From positions 234,066 through 298,065 of the forward strand of contig CAKVMH010000001.1 in assembly GCA_934772045.1 (NCBI GenBank): a stretch of DNA of 64,000 nt, read 5' to 3'. Below are positions 27,606-38,322 of the stretch, piece by piece (position 1 is the first letter of the stretch; the number at the start of each line of letters is the position of its first letter). The stretch comes from an uncultured Clostridia bacterium (GTDB taxonomy: Bacteria; Bacillota; Clostridia; Christensenellales; UBA1242). A program made the translations under genes and the position numbers. The notes beneath the pieces are model-generated. The model had not been told where the DNA came from. It searched no databases and saw only the letters and a list, made by a program, of their open reading frames with translations.

Positions 27606-29177
27606 ATGGATATAAAGAAAATTGCAAAAAAAGCGCATATTAAACCAAAAGATTTAATCTGTTATGGTGACAATATTGCAAAAGTCAACAACACAATTGG
27701 GAACAAAAAAGGCAAGCTGGTGCTTGTCACCGCCATGACATCTAACAAAACAGGTATAGGCAAAACGACAATATCAATCGGCCTTGCTGACGCGCTTAAT
27801 ATGTTACACAAAAATGCAATGTTGGCATTAAGGGAACCTAGCATGGGTCCAGTTTTTGGCATTAAAGGCGGGGCTACTGGCGGTGGGCTTTCACGCATCG
27901 AACCTAGTGATGAAATAAATTTACATTTTACTGGTGATTTCCATGCCATTGCACAAGCAAACAATTTGTTGGCAAGCATTATTGATAATCATATCTTTCA
28001 AGGCAACGAATTAGGGATTGATGTTGACAAAATATTTTTTAAGCGTTGCATTGATTTGAATGACCGCAGTTTAAGGCAGTTTACATACAATATTGGCGAA
28101 AATAAAATTACATCTAACTTTAACATAACGGCAGCCAGCGAAACAATGGCTGTGTTATGTTTAAGCGAAAATTTGCAAAGCTTAAAGGCAAATTTAGGGA
28201 ACATTTTGGTGGCGTTGAATAAATCTGGTAAACCAGTTTATGCAAAAGATTTACATGCTGAAGAAGCAATGGCAATTTTACTTAAAGATGCCATTAAACC
28301 CAACCTTGTTCAAACACGTGAAGGAACGCCAACGCTTGTACATATGGGGCCATTTGCAAACATTGCACATGGTTGCAACAGTGTTGTGGCGACAAAATTT
28401 GCACTTACACATGCCGACTATTGCATAACCGAGGCGGGCTTTGGCAGTGACCTTGGCGCAGAAAAGTTCTTGGACATTAAAACCGATATTTTACATAAAA
28501 CCCCTGACGCGTGTGTGTTGGTGATTGTGGCAAAAGTTATAAAAGAACATGGTGCTGGCGACTTGGTTGCTGGTTTTGAAAATGTTAAAAGGCATATTTC
28601 AAATTTAAAAGACAAATTCAATCTCAACACAATTGTTGCAATAAATAGGCATGCGGACGACTCTATTGAAGAGATTGAAACATTAAAAACCCTTTGTTTG
28701 AAGCAAGGCGTACCTGCCGTTGTTGCTAATGGATATGCTGAAGGGGGCAGAGGGTGTTTAGAACTTGCAAGATTAGTAATTAAACAATGTACAACCCCCA
28801 AAATGATGAACAGAATTTACAATACGAATGACGATATCAAGACAAAAATTGAAAAGATTGCAACACAAATTTATGGGGCAATTAAAGTGGAGTATTCTAG
28901 CTTAGCGGAAGAAAAACTCGTGCTTGCAAAAAAACTTAATTGCAACGATTTTTATGTAAATATTGCCAAAACGCAGTTTTCGTTCAGTGCGGATAAAAAT
29001 TTGCTAGGCGCACCAACAAATTTTGTGTTTACAATAACCGATGTTGAAATAAGGGCAGGCGCTAAAATGATTGTGCCTATTGCTGGTAACATGTTGTTGA
29101 TGCCGGCACTTGGCAGAAGTTCAAATTACAAAAACATGAAAATCGACGCTGACGGAAATATTGAAGGACTGTTTTAA
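27606..29177 (+). CDS. fhs: Formate--tetrahydrofolate ligase
   Basis: TSNKTGIGKTT P-loop; EPSMGPVFGIKGGATGGG; AAAGGAG SD before the ATG at 27606. Confidence 0.9.
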   Translation: MDIKKIAKKAHIKPKDLICYGDNIAKVNNTIGNKKGKLVLVTAMTSNKTGIGKTTISIGLADALNMLHKNAMLALREPSMGPVFGIKGGATGGGLSRIEPSDEINLHFTGDFHAIAQANNLLASIIDNHIFQGNELGIDVDKIFFKRCIDLNDRSLRQFTYNIGENKITSNFNITAASETMAVLCLSENLQSLKANLGNILVALNKSGKPVYAKDLHAEEAMAILLKDAIKPNLVQTREGTPTLVHMGPFANIAHGCNSVVATKFALTHADYCITEAGFGSDLGAEKFLDIKTDILHKTPDACVLVIVAKVIKEHGAGDLVAGFENVKRHISNLKDKFNLNTIVAINRHADDSIEEIETLKTLCLKQGVPAVVANGYAEGGRGCLELARLVIKQCTTPKMMNRIYNTNDDIKTKIEKIATQIYGAIKVEYSSLAEEKLVLAKKLNCNDFYVNIAKTQFSFSADKNLLGAPTNFVFTITDVEIRAGAKMIVPIAGNMLLMPALGRSSNYKNMKIDADGNIEGLF

Positions 29178-29275
29178 AATAAAACAAATTTAACCAAAAA
29201 TTTTAGAAAGTTTTTTTGGGTTTACTATTGTAATCCTGCTTAATCTATGCTATATTAACACTAGTAGGAGTTAAT

Positions 29276-29554
29276 ATGGGAATTGAATATGACATGCAAG
29301 AAATAAAAGATGAATTTTGGGTTTTAAAAGAACTTGAATGGAGCAAGGAAACTGTTAAAAAGTTATTAGAACTTGCAAAAAAATGCAAAGATGTGATCAA
29401 ACATATTAAAGATGCGGACGATAATCGAAGCATTATAACAAAAAGGTACTTCCATACTTGCAAACAAGAACTTAATTCTTTGAAGCAACAAATCATGGAC
29501 TACCGATCAAAAATGCAGTTAGCATTGGATATGGACGCTTCATACAAAAAGTAA
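29276..29554 (+). CDS. Hypothetical small coiled-coil protein (92 aa)
   Basis: AGGAG SD; charged helical sequence; hairpin terminator (CCACCGACAAGGTGG plus T-run) follows the stop. Confidence 0.45.
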   Translation: MGIEYDMQEIKDEFWVLKELEWSKETVKKLLELAKKCKDVIKHIKDADDNRSIITKRYFHTCKQELNSLKQQIMDYRSKMQLALDMDASYKK

Positions 29555-29636
29555 AAATTACTTCCACCGACAAGGTGGTTTTTTTATTGTCTAACATAAA
29601 GGACGATAAAAGCATTTAATGAAACGATGTTGCATG

Positions 29637-30407
29637 TTAAATTAAATTGTTTCCAAAGTACAAAAATATGCCATCAAAAACAGCTTCAACAAATTTTAGT
29701 TTATATTCTTTTGAATTTAAAAGCGCTTCTTCGTTGGGGTTTGAAATAAAGCCACATTCAATCAACACGGATGTGTAATAACTGCAATTCAAAATGTAAT
29801 AATCGCCAACTTTGCTGTTTGTGTAGTTAGCATTGCAACTGGCGTGCAAACTTTTTTGTATCAAATCACCAACTGTTTGGCTTGCTTTGTCGCCCTGTCG
29901 ATAATATGTGCTGGCACCACGTGCGGAAGGATTTTTAAAACTGTTCATATGTATGCTAACCACTAAATTTGGGTTTGCTTTTTTTATTATTTTAAAGCGT
30001 TCATTCATATCACTCAGTTTTTTGTTTTTGGCAAACGCGTTGTACAGGCCATCATCGTTTTTGCGTGTTAAAATAACCCTATAGCCCGCATTGACCAACC
30101 TGTCCTTTAAAAGGAGAGTGTATTCTAAATTGATTGTTTTTTCAATCGTACCATTTGCACCAACGCTTCCGCCGTCACGCCCGCCGTGTCCTGCGTCCAG
30201 CACAATTGTAATGCCGTTAAATTTAGAAGCCGTGTAACTTACAATTTGTGTATACATAACTGAAAGTAAAAGCATAATTAAAAGGCTGACAATTAAAAAC
30301 TTGTGTGTTTTAAAGGCGTTGAAAATGCCAAGTTGTTTCACTTTATTTTTGCTGTTTTTGTTTGCATTTTTTAAGTTTAAATTCGCTTTAAATATATTTT
30401 CGGACAT
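29637..30407 (-). CDS. N-acetylmuramoyl-L-alanine amidase (Amidase_3, CwlD-like) with an N-terminal TM anchor
   Basis: VLDAGHGGRDGG, SIHMNS and ECGFISN motifs. Confidence 0.85.
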   Translation of the reverse strand: MSENIFKANLNLKNANKNSKNKVKQLGIFNAFKTHKFLIVSLLIMLLLSVMYTQIVSYTASKFNGITIVLDAGHGGRDGGSVGANGTIEKTINLEYTLLLKDRLVNAGYRVILTRKNDDGLYNAFAKNKKLSDMNERFKIIKKANPNLVVSIHMNSFKNPSARGASTYYRQGDKASQTVGDLIQKSLHASCNANYTNSKVGDYYILNCSYYTSVLIECGFISNPNEEALLNSKEYKLKFVEAVFDGIFLYFGNNLI

Positions 30408-30644
30408 ACTAAATTATATTAATTTGTTATTTAGTATATGTTCTAAAATGTAATCTCTATTATTTTCATACCTGCCGTTGACCATTAACTACCAATATGG
30501 TTTTTGTTAATAGATTTTGCGTGAGGTAAAAAAGAAAAACTAAATGTGAAGTAAACCGCATTGAAATTATGTTGAAAAATATGAAACGCTTACAACATGC
30601 AACTTTCCTTTTACATTTTTTGTTTGAAATGATATAATTTAATT

Positions 30645-31622
30645 ATGAATTACGAACAGATAAATCAATTTAAACATTACAAAAATGTATGTTTAATTGC
30701 GCATAACGAACCAGATGCAGACGCATTGTGTAGCATGATTGTCTTTAAAAATTTTTTGTCCGCAACTTTTAAAGTGAATGTGGATGTTTTTGCAGAATAC
30801 ACAACCTTACCACACAATTACGATTGTTTAATTGAAAATCAAAATTTAAACAAAGGGAAGAATAAATACGATTGTGCGGTAATGATGGACGCACCGAAAG
30901 CTGACAGGTTAGGTAAATTTGAAACTTTATTTTTAACTGCACCAAACAAACTTGTGATTGACCATCATGCCACAAATACGTTTGATAAGGCAAAGAATTT
31001 TGTTTCAATTGTCAGCAGTACATGTGAAATTGTTTTTGACATTTTAAAACATTTTAAATATAAATTAACCAAAGCTGATTACGGCATGACATATGCAGGC
31101 ATTGTAACAGACACAAACAATTTGACAGTCGGAGCGATTGGCAAACACTCATTTGAAATTGTGGGCGAATGTGTGGAAAATGTGGAAATTTACCCAATTT
31201 ATGAAAACTTTATGCTTAACAACACAAAGTTAAACATGCAGGTTTTGGCAAAAGCAATTGAAAATGCAAAGTTTTATGAGCAAGGCAAAATAATCGTTTC
31301 GCATATTTCAAAATTACAAGCAAAGGCTATGCATGTAACACAAGATTGTTACATAGGTATAATTAACAAACTATCCACAATTTGTGGGGCAAGGCTTGTT
31401 GGGTTTATTTATCCAGAGCAAGGGCAGTATTACGTCAGCATGCGTGGACGTGGCTTTGATGTCAGCAAAATTGCAAAAGCCAACAAAGGTGGTGGGCATG
31501 TGGGGGCTGCAGCATATTTATCAAACTCAAGCCTATGCAAAACAAAAATTAATTTAATTAAACAATTTAAAACAGAATTTAACACACAAGATGTAAACTC
31601 ACAGTCGGTTTTTAGATTTTAA
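30645..31622 (+). CDS. DHH/DHHA1 phosphoesterase (NrnA-like)
   Basis: HNEPDADALCS, IDHHATN, GGGH. Confidence 0.8.
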   Translation: MNYEQINQFKHYKNVCLIAHNEPDADALCSMIVFKNFLSATFKVNVDVFAEYTTLPHNYDCLIENQNLNKGKNKYDCAVMMDAPKADRLGKFETLFLTAPNKLVIDHHATNTFDKAKNFVSIVSSTCEIVFDILKHFKYKLTKADYGMTYAGIVTDTNNLTVGAIGKHSFEIVGECVENVEIYPIYENFMLNNTKLNMQVLAKAIENAKFYEQGKIIVSHISKLQAKAMHVTQDCYIGIINKLSTICGARLVGFIYPEQGQYYVSMRGRGFDVSKIAKANKGGGHVGAAAYLSNSSLCKTKINLIKQFKTEFNTQDVNSQSVFRF

Positions 31623-31796
31623 TTACAGGAAAAGGAACATAATCAAGCTAATATATTTTGTTGTTAGGGCAAAGACATATTGTATTTACCTCTCCAGTAA
31701 ACATTTATTGTGGTTACACATGAAAAAAGGTATCAATTTGGATACCTTTTTTATTGTCATTTGACGCTTATTACATTATTTCAACTTAAAACTTTA

Positions 31797-31840
31797 AAAG
31801 CACTGCGTGCAAGACCCTTCGTCTACACTCAGGGCGACAT
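31797..31840. repeat. Solo REP-like unit (GTCRCCCTGAG family)
   Basis: The reverse complement reads ATGTCGCCCTGAGTGTAGACGAAGGGTCTTGCACGCAGTGCTTTT. Confidence 0.7.
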
Positions 31841-31884
31841 ATAGAATAAATAAAATTTAATCATCTTAGTTGTGAGATAATGAT

Positions 31885-33354
31885 TTAAAAACCGCGCGAA
31901 GCCATATTGTCGTCACGCACTTTGATGTTACCTGAATTAGATGTGATTGTAAGGCTGTTGCCGTTTTCCGCTGTTGTGTTAATCAAAAATGATGCTTCGC
32001 CAGTTTGTTCATGGTTAGGCAAACCTAAATTATCACGTGCGGTGTAATTAACATTAGAACTGCCAGAGTTAGAATTTGTTGTAAGTTTAAACTTGGCATC
32101 GTCTGCAAATTGAAGATAAACATAGCCAGAATTGGCTTCAATTTTACTTACGCCATTTACATCATGCATACGCACATCTGCTGAACCAGAGCCAGTGATT
32201 TTTAAATTGACACTGTCTGCACCAACGACCGACAATTTGCCAGAAACCGTGGTTAAATCTGCCACGCGGACATGTATATTTTCCTTGTTGCTTGGTGTTG
32301 TTTCGTCAAATGCAAGGGCGATGTTGCCATAATTTGTTTTAGCGGTAAGTGATGCTGTTGAATTAATAAGGGTGATGTTACCATTGTTTGTTGTTGTCAA
32401 CGCCAAACTTGATGTCGCTTTAACAATATTTATGTTGCCATTATAAGTTTTAATAGACGACACTGCTGAAATTGTGCCGATGTTAACTTTGCCATTATTG
32501 GTTAATTCAATAACGCCATTTGCCGTAATTTTATTTATATCTACATTTGTGTCAGTTGAAACGATTGTAACCATGCCAACAGTGTCAATTGCCACACTGC
32601 CACCAGCTTGCTCGCCTTGTTTGAGTGAAAAATTAAAACTTACGCAATTTTTTAACTTAATCCTTGCGCGGTTATTTGATTTAACCACAAAGTTGCCAAA
32701 ACTTGAATCTTCTGCCAAAAAGTCAGCAGAATAAGTGTTTAATGTGACATCATTTTGGTGAAGTTTAAAAGCCTTTTCAACCCTTAAATCACCGCGGTTT
32801 AAATCTGCAACAATTGCCCCAAATATTTCACCTTGTTTTAATTTTAGTTCACCACGGTCGGTTTTGCAAGTTAAGTTGTTTAATTTAAGGTTGGCGTCGT
32901 CAAAATTTACAAGTGCATTTTTGTTGTTGAGTTTCAAATTCAGCGATGCATTTTTTGGCATATTAATTATGACTTTTGAGTTGTTAGGTACGCAAGCACC
33001 ATATGGCTCGGTGATGTTGATAACGAGTGTTGCATCGTTAAGGCTTGCATCGATTGAACCTGTGCTATGTTTTTTTGTTACAAAACCAAAAGAATTAAAA
33101 TATACAGTGACATAAACATCGTTGCCGTCAGTTGAAACAACATCAATGTCATATGACCTTGAGTTTAATTCAACAAGATTTATGACATTATCAGTTGCAC
33201 TAAACATTTTTGATGTCTTCTTTTCATTTTGGCTGATATAACAAATGCCGAAAAGGCTTTTACCAGGGAAAAAGAATAGGAATAAAACACCAATTGCCAT
33301 AAGCCCGATAAGTGCAAGGATAACAATTAAAAAATATTTCCAAAATTTCTTCAT
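31885..33354 (-). CDS. Membrane-anchored beta-strand repeat protein (DUF4097-like putative adhesin)
   Basis: N-terminal TM followed by repetitive N/G/T-rich beta-strand repeats (NGNI, GNIAL). Confidence 0.6.
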   Translation of the reverse strand: MKKFWKYFLIVILALIGLMAIGVLFLFFFPGKSLFGICYISQNEKKTSKMFSATDNVINLVELNSRSYDIDVVSTDGNDVYVTVYFNSFGFVTKKHSTGSIDASLNDATLVINITEPYGACVPNNSKVIINMPKNASLNLKLNNKNALVNFDDANLKLNNLTCKTDRGELKLKQGEIFGAIVADLNRGDLRVEKAFKLHQNDVTLNTYSADFLAEDSSFGNFVVKSNNRARIKLKNCVSFNFSLKQGEQAGGSVAIDTVGMVTIVSTDTNVDINKITANGVIELTNNGKVNIGTISAVSSIKTYNGNINIVKATSSLALTTTNNGNITLINSTASLTAKTNYGNIALAFDETTPSNKENIHVRVADLTTVSGKLSVVGADSVNLKITGSGSADVRMHDVNGVSKIEANSGYVYLQFADDAKFKLTTNSNSGSSNVNYTARDNLGLPNHEQTGEASFLINTTAENGNSLTITSNSGNIKVRDDNMASRGF

Positions 33355-33538
33355 ATTTTTATTTTACCTTTTAATAACCAAATTGTCAATAAGAAACCAG
33401 TTAAAAGGTAGGTTTTAGATTTTGGTTTTAATTAAAACTTATGACAAAAATAATAAAAGCTTATTCATTTTAACGCTAGCTAAACTTGTCAAAATGCACG
33501 CAAAATGTTATAATAATTTCAAGATAAAAGGTGGATTT

Positions 33539-34210
33539 ATGATTATTGTCATTGAAGGTACAGATGGTTCAGGCAAAGCAACACAAACTAAATTACTGAA
33601 CGAAAGTTTACAAAAATTGGGCTTTAAAACTAAGGTTATCAGTTTTCCAAATTATGCAAGCAATTCCAGTGCGCCCGTAAAAATGTATTTGGGTGGTGAA
33701 TTGGGCAATAATGCAGATTGCTTGAATGCTTATCAAGCAAGTGCGTTGTTTGCTGTGGATAGGTTGTTGACAATGAAGTTAGTTGACGTTTCCGCTTATG
33801 ATTTCATCATTTTGGATAGGTATACGCCAAGCAACATGATACACCAAGCATGTAAAATTGCCAACACTTCCGAACGCGTTTCCTGCCTTGATTGGCTTAA
33901 TGATTTTGAATATGGCAAACTTAACCTTCCAAAACCGGATAAAATTTTGTTTTTAGATTTACCAACCGAAATAAGCCTAAATTTAGCACACAGCAGGAAA
34001 GATTTAAAAAATGGACAAAAGCAAGACATTCATGAAAACGACACCGCTTACATGCAAAAAGCATATGATTGCGCAAAATTTGTTGCCCACAAATACAACT
34101 GGGAAGTTATAAAGTGCTATGAAGGCAACCAAATCCTTCCAATTGAAACAATCCATGAAAAGATTTTGGAAGCGTTGGACATTCCATATGGCAAAACATC
34201 AAATTTGTGA
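33539..34210 (+). CDS. tmk: Thymidylate kinase family protein
   Basis: IVIEGTDGSGKATQ P-loop and DRY motif; AAAGGTGG SD before the ATG at 33539. Confidence 0.8.
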   Translation: MIIVIEGTDGSGKATQTKLLNESLQKLGFKTKVISFPNYASNSSAPVKMYLGGELGNNADCLNAYQASALFAVDRLLTMKLVDVSAYDFIILDRYTPSNMIHQACKIANTSERVSCLDWLNDFEYGKLNLPKPDKILFLDLPTEISLNLAHSRKDLKNGQKQDIHENDTAYMQKAYDCAKFVAHKYNWEVIKCYEGNQILPIETIHEKILEALDIPYGKTSNL

Positions 34211-34269
34211 TGGTTTTCTTTACTTATGTAAATTAATGTGGTAAAATGCTAAACTATAAAAGGATAATT

Positions 34270-36090
34270 ATGTTTACAAGACGAGAATTAATAGATAAAT
34301 GGCTTAAATTTTACAACTCAAAGGGGCATGTAACCATTGCAAGTGCAAGCGTTATACCAGAAAATGACCCAACAGTTTTATTTACAACTGCAGGTATGCA
34401 CCCATTGGTGCCATACTTATTGGGTCAACCACACCCAAAAGGTAAACGCCTTTGCGATGTGCAAAAATGTATTCGCACTGGCGACATTGACGAAGTTGGC
34501 GATTTTTCACACCTTACATTCTTTGAAATGTTAGGCAACTGGAGTTTGGGCGATTATTTCAAAACCGAAATGGTCAATTGGAGTTATGAATTTTTAACAA
34601 GCCCTGAATATTTGGGGTTAGATAAAAATAGGCTTGCTGTAACAGTTTTTGCAGGTAACGACATTGTTCCGCGTGACAGTTTAACAGCAGAATTATGGGA
34701 AAAAGCAGGCATAAAGAAGGAAAATATTTATTACTTGCCAGATAACTGGTGGATTTTAGGCAGTGGGGTTGGCCCATGCGGTTCGGACACTGAAATGTTC
34801 ATCGACACAGGCAAACCAAAATGCTCACCAGATTGCAACCCTAGTTGCGATTGTGGTAAATTTTTGGAAATTTGGAATGATGTGTTCATGGAATTTAAAT
34901 CTAATGCCGACAAGACAATTGAACCATTAAAACAAAAGAATGTGGACACAGGCATGGGGCTTGAAAGGGCATTGTGCGTGCTGAATGGTGTTAAATCAGT
35001 TTTCGACACTGAAATTTTCCAACCAACCATTAAACTTTTGGAAAAGTTGTCAAACAAATCATACGCTGACGACAGCCTAAAACCTTCATTTAGGATAATT
35101 GCCGACCATATCCGCACTTCAACCATCATGATAGGCGATGAAAAGGGCATTGTGCCTAGCAATGTTGGGCAAGGCTATGTTTTGCGCAGGCTTATTAGGC
35201 GTGCAATTAGGCATATGAAAAATTTAGGCATTCCAGCAGGGCATCTTGGTGAGATTGCTGAAATGTATATTGATTACTTTAAACTCGATTACCCAGAACT
35301 TGAATCAAACAAGGCTAAAATTGTTGCTGAATTAAACAAGGAAGAAGAAAAGTTCTTAAAAACACTTGAACTTGGCAACAAAGAATTTGAAAAACTTGTA
35401 AATGGCATTGAACGCAAAAACCAATTCATGGCAGGTAAGGACGGCTTTGTGCCTGAAACACAAATCAATGGCAAATCTGCATTCAGGCTTTACGACACTT
35501 TCGGTTTCCCTATTGAACTTACTGTGGAAATGGCAAAAGAACGTGGGCTTACTGTTGATGTGGAAGGTTTTAACCAAGCTTTCCATGAACACCAAGAATT
35601 GGCACGCACAACAAACGCGGGAGTGTTCAAAGGTGGTTTGGCAGATGACAGTGTTTGGACAACCCGTTTGCACACTGCTTGCCATTTGCTTTTGTCAGCA
35701 TTAAGGCACAAATTTGGCACACAAATTGAGCAAAAGGGCAGTAACATCACAAGCGAACGTTTGCGTTTCGACTTCAACTTCGACCGCAAATTAACCGACG
35801 AAGAAGTTAAAGATATTGAAAATTATGTAAACAACGCAATCAACCGCGCAATTCCAGTTGAACGTCTTGAAATACCTAAAAAGCAGGCTATAAGTGAAGG
35901 CGCTTATGGTATCCATAAAGCGGAAGACGATGAAATAATTTCAGTTTACCGCATTGGCGATGTGGACTTCCAAATTTGCGGTGGGCCACATGCTAACAAT
36001 ACCAGCGAACTTGTTAACTTTAAAATTGTAAAACAAGAAGCAGTTTCTGCTGGCGTGCGCAGGATTAAAGCCACAATCAACAATAAATAA
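34270..36090 (+). CDS. alaS: Alanine--tRNA ligase, short form (606 aa, no C-Ala domain)
   Basis: N-terminal AlaRS motifs (NDPTVLFTTAGM, HLTFFEMLGNWSLGDYFK, DTGMGLER, YVLRRLIRRA) and editing-site Zn motifs HTACHLL and CGGPH. The ORF stops about 25 aa after GVRRI. Confidence 0.8.
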   Translation: MFTRRELIDKWLKFYNSKGHVTIASASVIPENDPTVLFTTAGMHPLVPYLLGQPHPKGKRLCDVQKCIRTGDIDEVGDFSHLTFFEMLGNWSLGDYFKTEMVNWSYEFLTSPEYLGLDKNRLAVTVFAGNDIVPRDSLTAELWEKAGIKKENIYYLPDNWWILGSGVGPCGSDTEMFIDTGKPKCSPDCNPSCDCGKFLEIWNDVFMEFKSNADKTIEPLKQKNVDTGMGLERALCVLNGVKSVFDTEIFQPTIKLLEKLSNKSYADDSLKPSFRIIADHIRTSTIMIGDEKGIVPSNVGQGYVLRRLIRRAIRHMKNLGIPAGHLGEIAEMYIDYFKLDYPELESNKAKIVAELNKEEEKFLKTLELGNKEFEKLVNGIERKNQFMAGKDGFVPETQINGKSAFRLYDTFGFPIELTVEMAKERGLTVDVEGFNQAFHEHQELARTTNAGVFKGGLADDSVWTTRLHTACHLLLSALRHKFGTQIEQKGSNITSERLRFDFNFDRKLTDEEVKDIENYVNNAINRAIPVERLEIPKKQAISEGAYGIHKAEDDEIISVYRIGDVDFQICGGPHANNTSELVNFKIVKQEAVSAGVRRIKATINNK

Positions 36091-36132
36091 CACTTGTTTT
36101 GTTGTTAAATTTAGATACGCTTTAAAATTATC

Positions 36133-36167
36133 AAAAAAATACACTTCGCTTTTGAAGTGTATTTTTT
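36133..36167. terminator. Bidirectional terminator between alaS and the ABC exporter
   Basis: A-run, ATACACTTC/GAAGTGTAT stem, T-run. Confidence 0.7.
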
Positions 36168-36254
36168 GTTTGGTGGCAACAATCGTCGTTTGCGGGAATA
36201 AACAAAGAATATTTAGTTATTTAGCGCAATCAAATAATGTTTGGGTGGGTAATA

Positions 36255-38150
36255 TTATTCATCTTCTATGCTTTCTGCGTTATACATTTTTTTGAATGCT
36301 TTGTTTGTTTTGTTAAGTTCGTTAAATGTGCCAGTGTCAACAATCTTTCCGTTTTCCATAAAGAAAATTTTGTCCACATTTTTAATTGTGCTCAACCTAT
36401 GCGCCACAATAATAATTGTGCTTTTACCTTTGATTTTGTCAATGCTTTCTTTGATTGTGTTTTGGGCAAGGTTGTCCAAACTGCTGGTGCTTTCGTCCAA
36501 AATTATTATGCGTGAATTTTTTAAAAGTGCACGTGCAATTGCAAGGCGTTGTTTTTGTCCGCCAGAAAGTTTAACGCCACTTTCACCAACAGGTGTGTCA
36601 AGCCCATTTGTCAAGCCTGAAATAAATTCGTCAAGGGCAGAATCTTTTATTGCGGAATTGATTTCTGCTTCGGTTGCATTTGGTTTTGCCAGCAACAAGT
36701 TTTCTTTAATGGTCATGTCGAATATGTAAGGAAATTGATTTACAAGCGAAATTGACGAGCGCAAAGTTTGTTTGTCCAGCTTGTTGATGTCAACACCACC
36801 AATAAGCACTTGCCCTGCGTCAACTGTGTAAAGTTTGGAAATCAAATTTAAAACAGTGGATTTACCGCAACCAGATTTACCAACGAATGCAACAGTGGTG
36901 TTAGGTTCAATTTTAAACGACAAATCGTCAAAAACTTGTTTGGTACCAACAACTTCGCGTTTAGGGATAGGGCCTTTTATTTTATGCTTTTTGTTGTACT
37001 TTTTCTTTGCCATAATTTCTTCGGTTGTAAATTCTTTGTAGTCCAAATAAGCAAATTTCACATTTTTAAATTCAATGTCGTTGCCTAATTTTTTGCGGTT
37101 TACTGTGCCAAATTTTTCCAACTCGTAATTTTCATTTTCATACAATTCATTGATACGTTCATACGCAATTTTAACGTCTGCCATGTTTGTTATTATGTTG
37201 GCAATTACATTACTCAATTGGTCCAATTTGTAGCGATTATTGTGAATAATTAAGAATGTTGCTAAAGTCAAAAAGCCTTTGTCAAGCAACATAATACCAA
37301 CAACATACAAAACAACAGCGAATATTGTAAATGTAAACCAGTCAATTACACGATATTTTGCATTGTCTTTTTCCGAATTGATGACAGTTGATTTATAGTC
37401 ATCAAAATTTGCTTTTGTTATGCCTTTTAAATTTGTTTCAAGGTTAAGTGATTTTATGTCGCGTTCGCTTCTAACAATTTCACTCAACAAACTTGTCACA
37501 CCTTCGCCCGCTTTGTGCATTTTTCGGTTGTTTTTAATTCTTGCTTTCCTGCGGTAATAGGTTATAAGCATCATAAGTCCAAAATATACAACCATAACAA
37601 GTGAAACCCACACGTTCAACGTTAAAAGGTAAATGCATATTATCACAGAAGAAACTAACGAGCCCAAAAGTTCAAGTGAATTGCTCAGTTTGCTAAAGAT
37701 TGTGTCCGGGTCAGTCCTTATACGTTGCATGAAACTGCCGGTTTGGTGGTTTGAATATGCTGACGATGAAATTTTAAATGCCTGTTCCGCTACGTCCAAA
37801 CTCATTGCCATGATGATGTCAGTTGAAAGCCTAACATAAATTGCCGGAATTAAATATTTTAGGATAACGGTAACTAAGTAAAGTGCGCCTATAATTGCAA
37901 CATATTTTAATGCCAGTTCATAGTTTGCTTGCGTTACTGCCAAAATCAAGTTAGCTGGGATTATTGCAAATGGAATATCAATTGCCATGTTAATCATAAC
38001 CAGTAATATGTAAGCAAACAACCCTAATTTATGTTGCTTCAAGTAAGGCTTAATGCTAAACTTGTTTACAACCTTTGCGCCTTCCAAGGAAGATTTTTTA
38101 TTGTGTTTAACACTGTCGACAGAATTAGATGTTTTGTTTTTTGTCTTCAT
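36255..38150 (-). CDS. ABC transporter, fused permease/ATP-binding exporter (type I, MsbA-like)
   Basis: 6-TM N-terminal half; Walker A GKSGCGKST, LSGGQKQR, ILDEST; AAAGGAGG SD before the ATG at 38150. Confidence 0.85.
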   Translation of the reverse strand: MKTKNKTSNSVDSVKHNKKSSLEGAKVVNKFSIKPYLKQHKLGLFAYILLVMINMAIDIPFAIIPANLILAVTQANYELALKYVAIIGALYLVTVILKYLIPAIYVRLSTDIIMAMSLDVAEQAFKISSSAYSNHQTGSFMQRIRTDPDTIFSKLSNSLELLGSLVSSVIICIYLLTLNVWVSLVMVVYFGLMMLITYYRRKARIKNNRKMHKAGEGVTSLLSEIVRSERDIKSLNLETNLKGITKANFDDYKSTVINSEKDNAKYRVIDWFTFTIFAVVLYVVGIMLLDKGFLTLATFLIIHNNRYKLDQLSNVIANIITNMADVKIAYERINELYENENYELEKFGTVNRKKLGNDIEFKNVKFAYLDYKEFTTEEIMAKKKYNKKHKIKGPIPKREVVGTKQVFDDLSFKIEPNTTVAFVGKSGCGKSTVLNLISKLYTVDAGQVLIGGVDINKLDKQTLRSSISLVNQFPYIFDMTIKENLLLAKPNATEAEINSAIKDSALDEFISGLTNGLDTPVGESGVKLSGGQKQRLAIARALLKNSRIIILDESTSSLDNLAQNTIKESIDKIKGKSTIIIVAHRLSTIKNVDKIFFMENGKIVDTGTFNELNKTNKAFKKMYNAESIEDE

Positions 38151-38322
38151 AAAAATACCTCCTTTCAAAAAAAATTGACCGCAAGCATTTTAAACTGAAT
38201 TACAATGCTTGCAGTCTGCTGGCTAGATACTAGCACATCGGTTTTTAAAAGTAAATACTTTTACTTGAAATTTTTACAAAATTCTGCTCATTTTGGCACC
38301 ATATATTGTTCATTTTGCTTAC

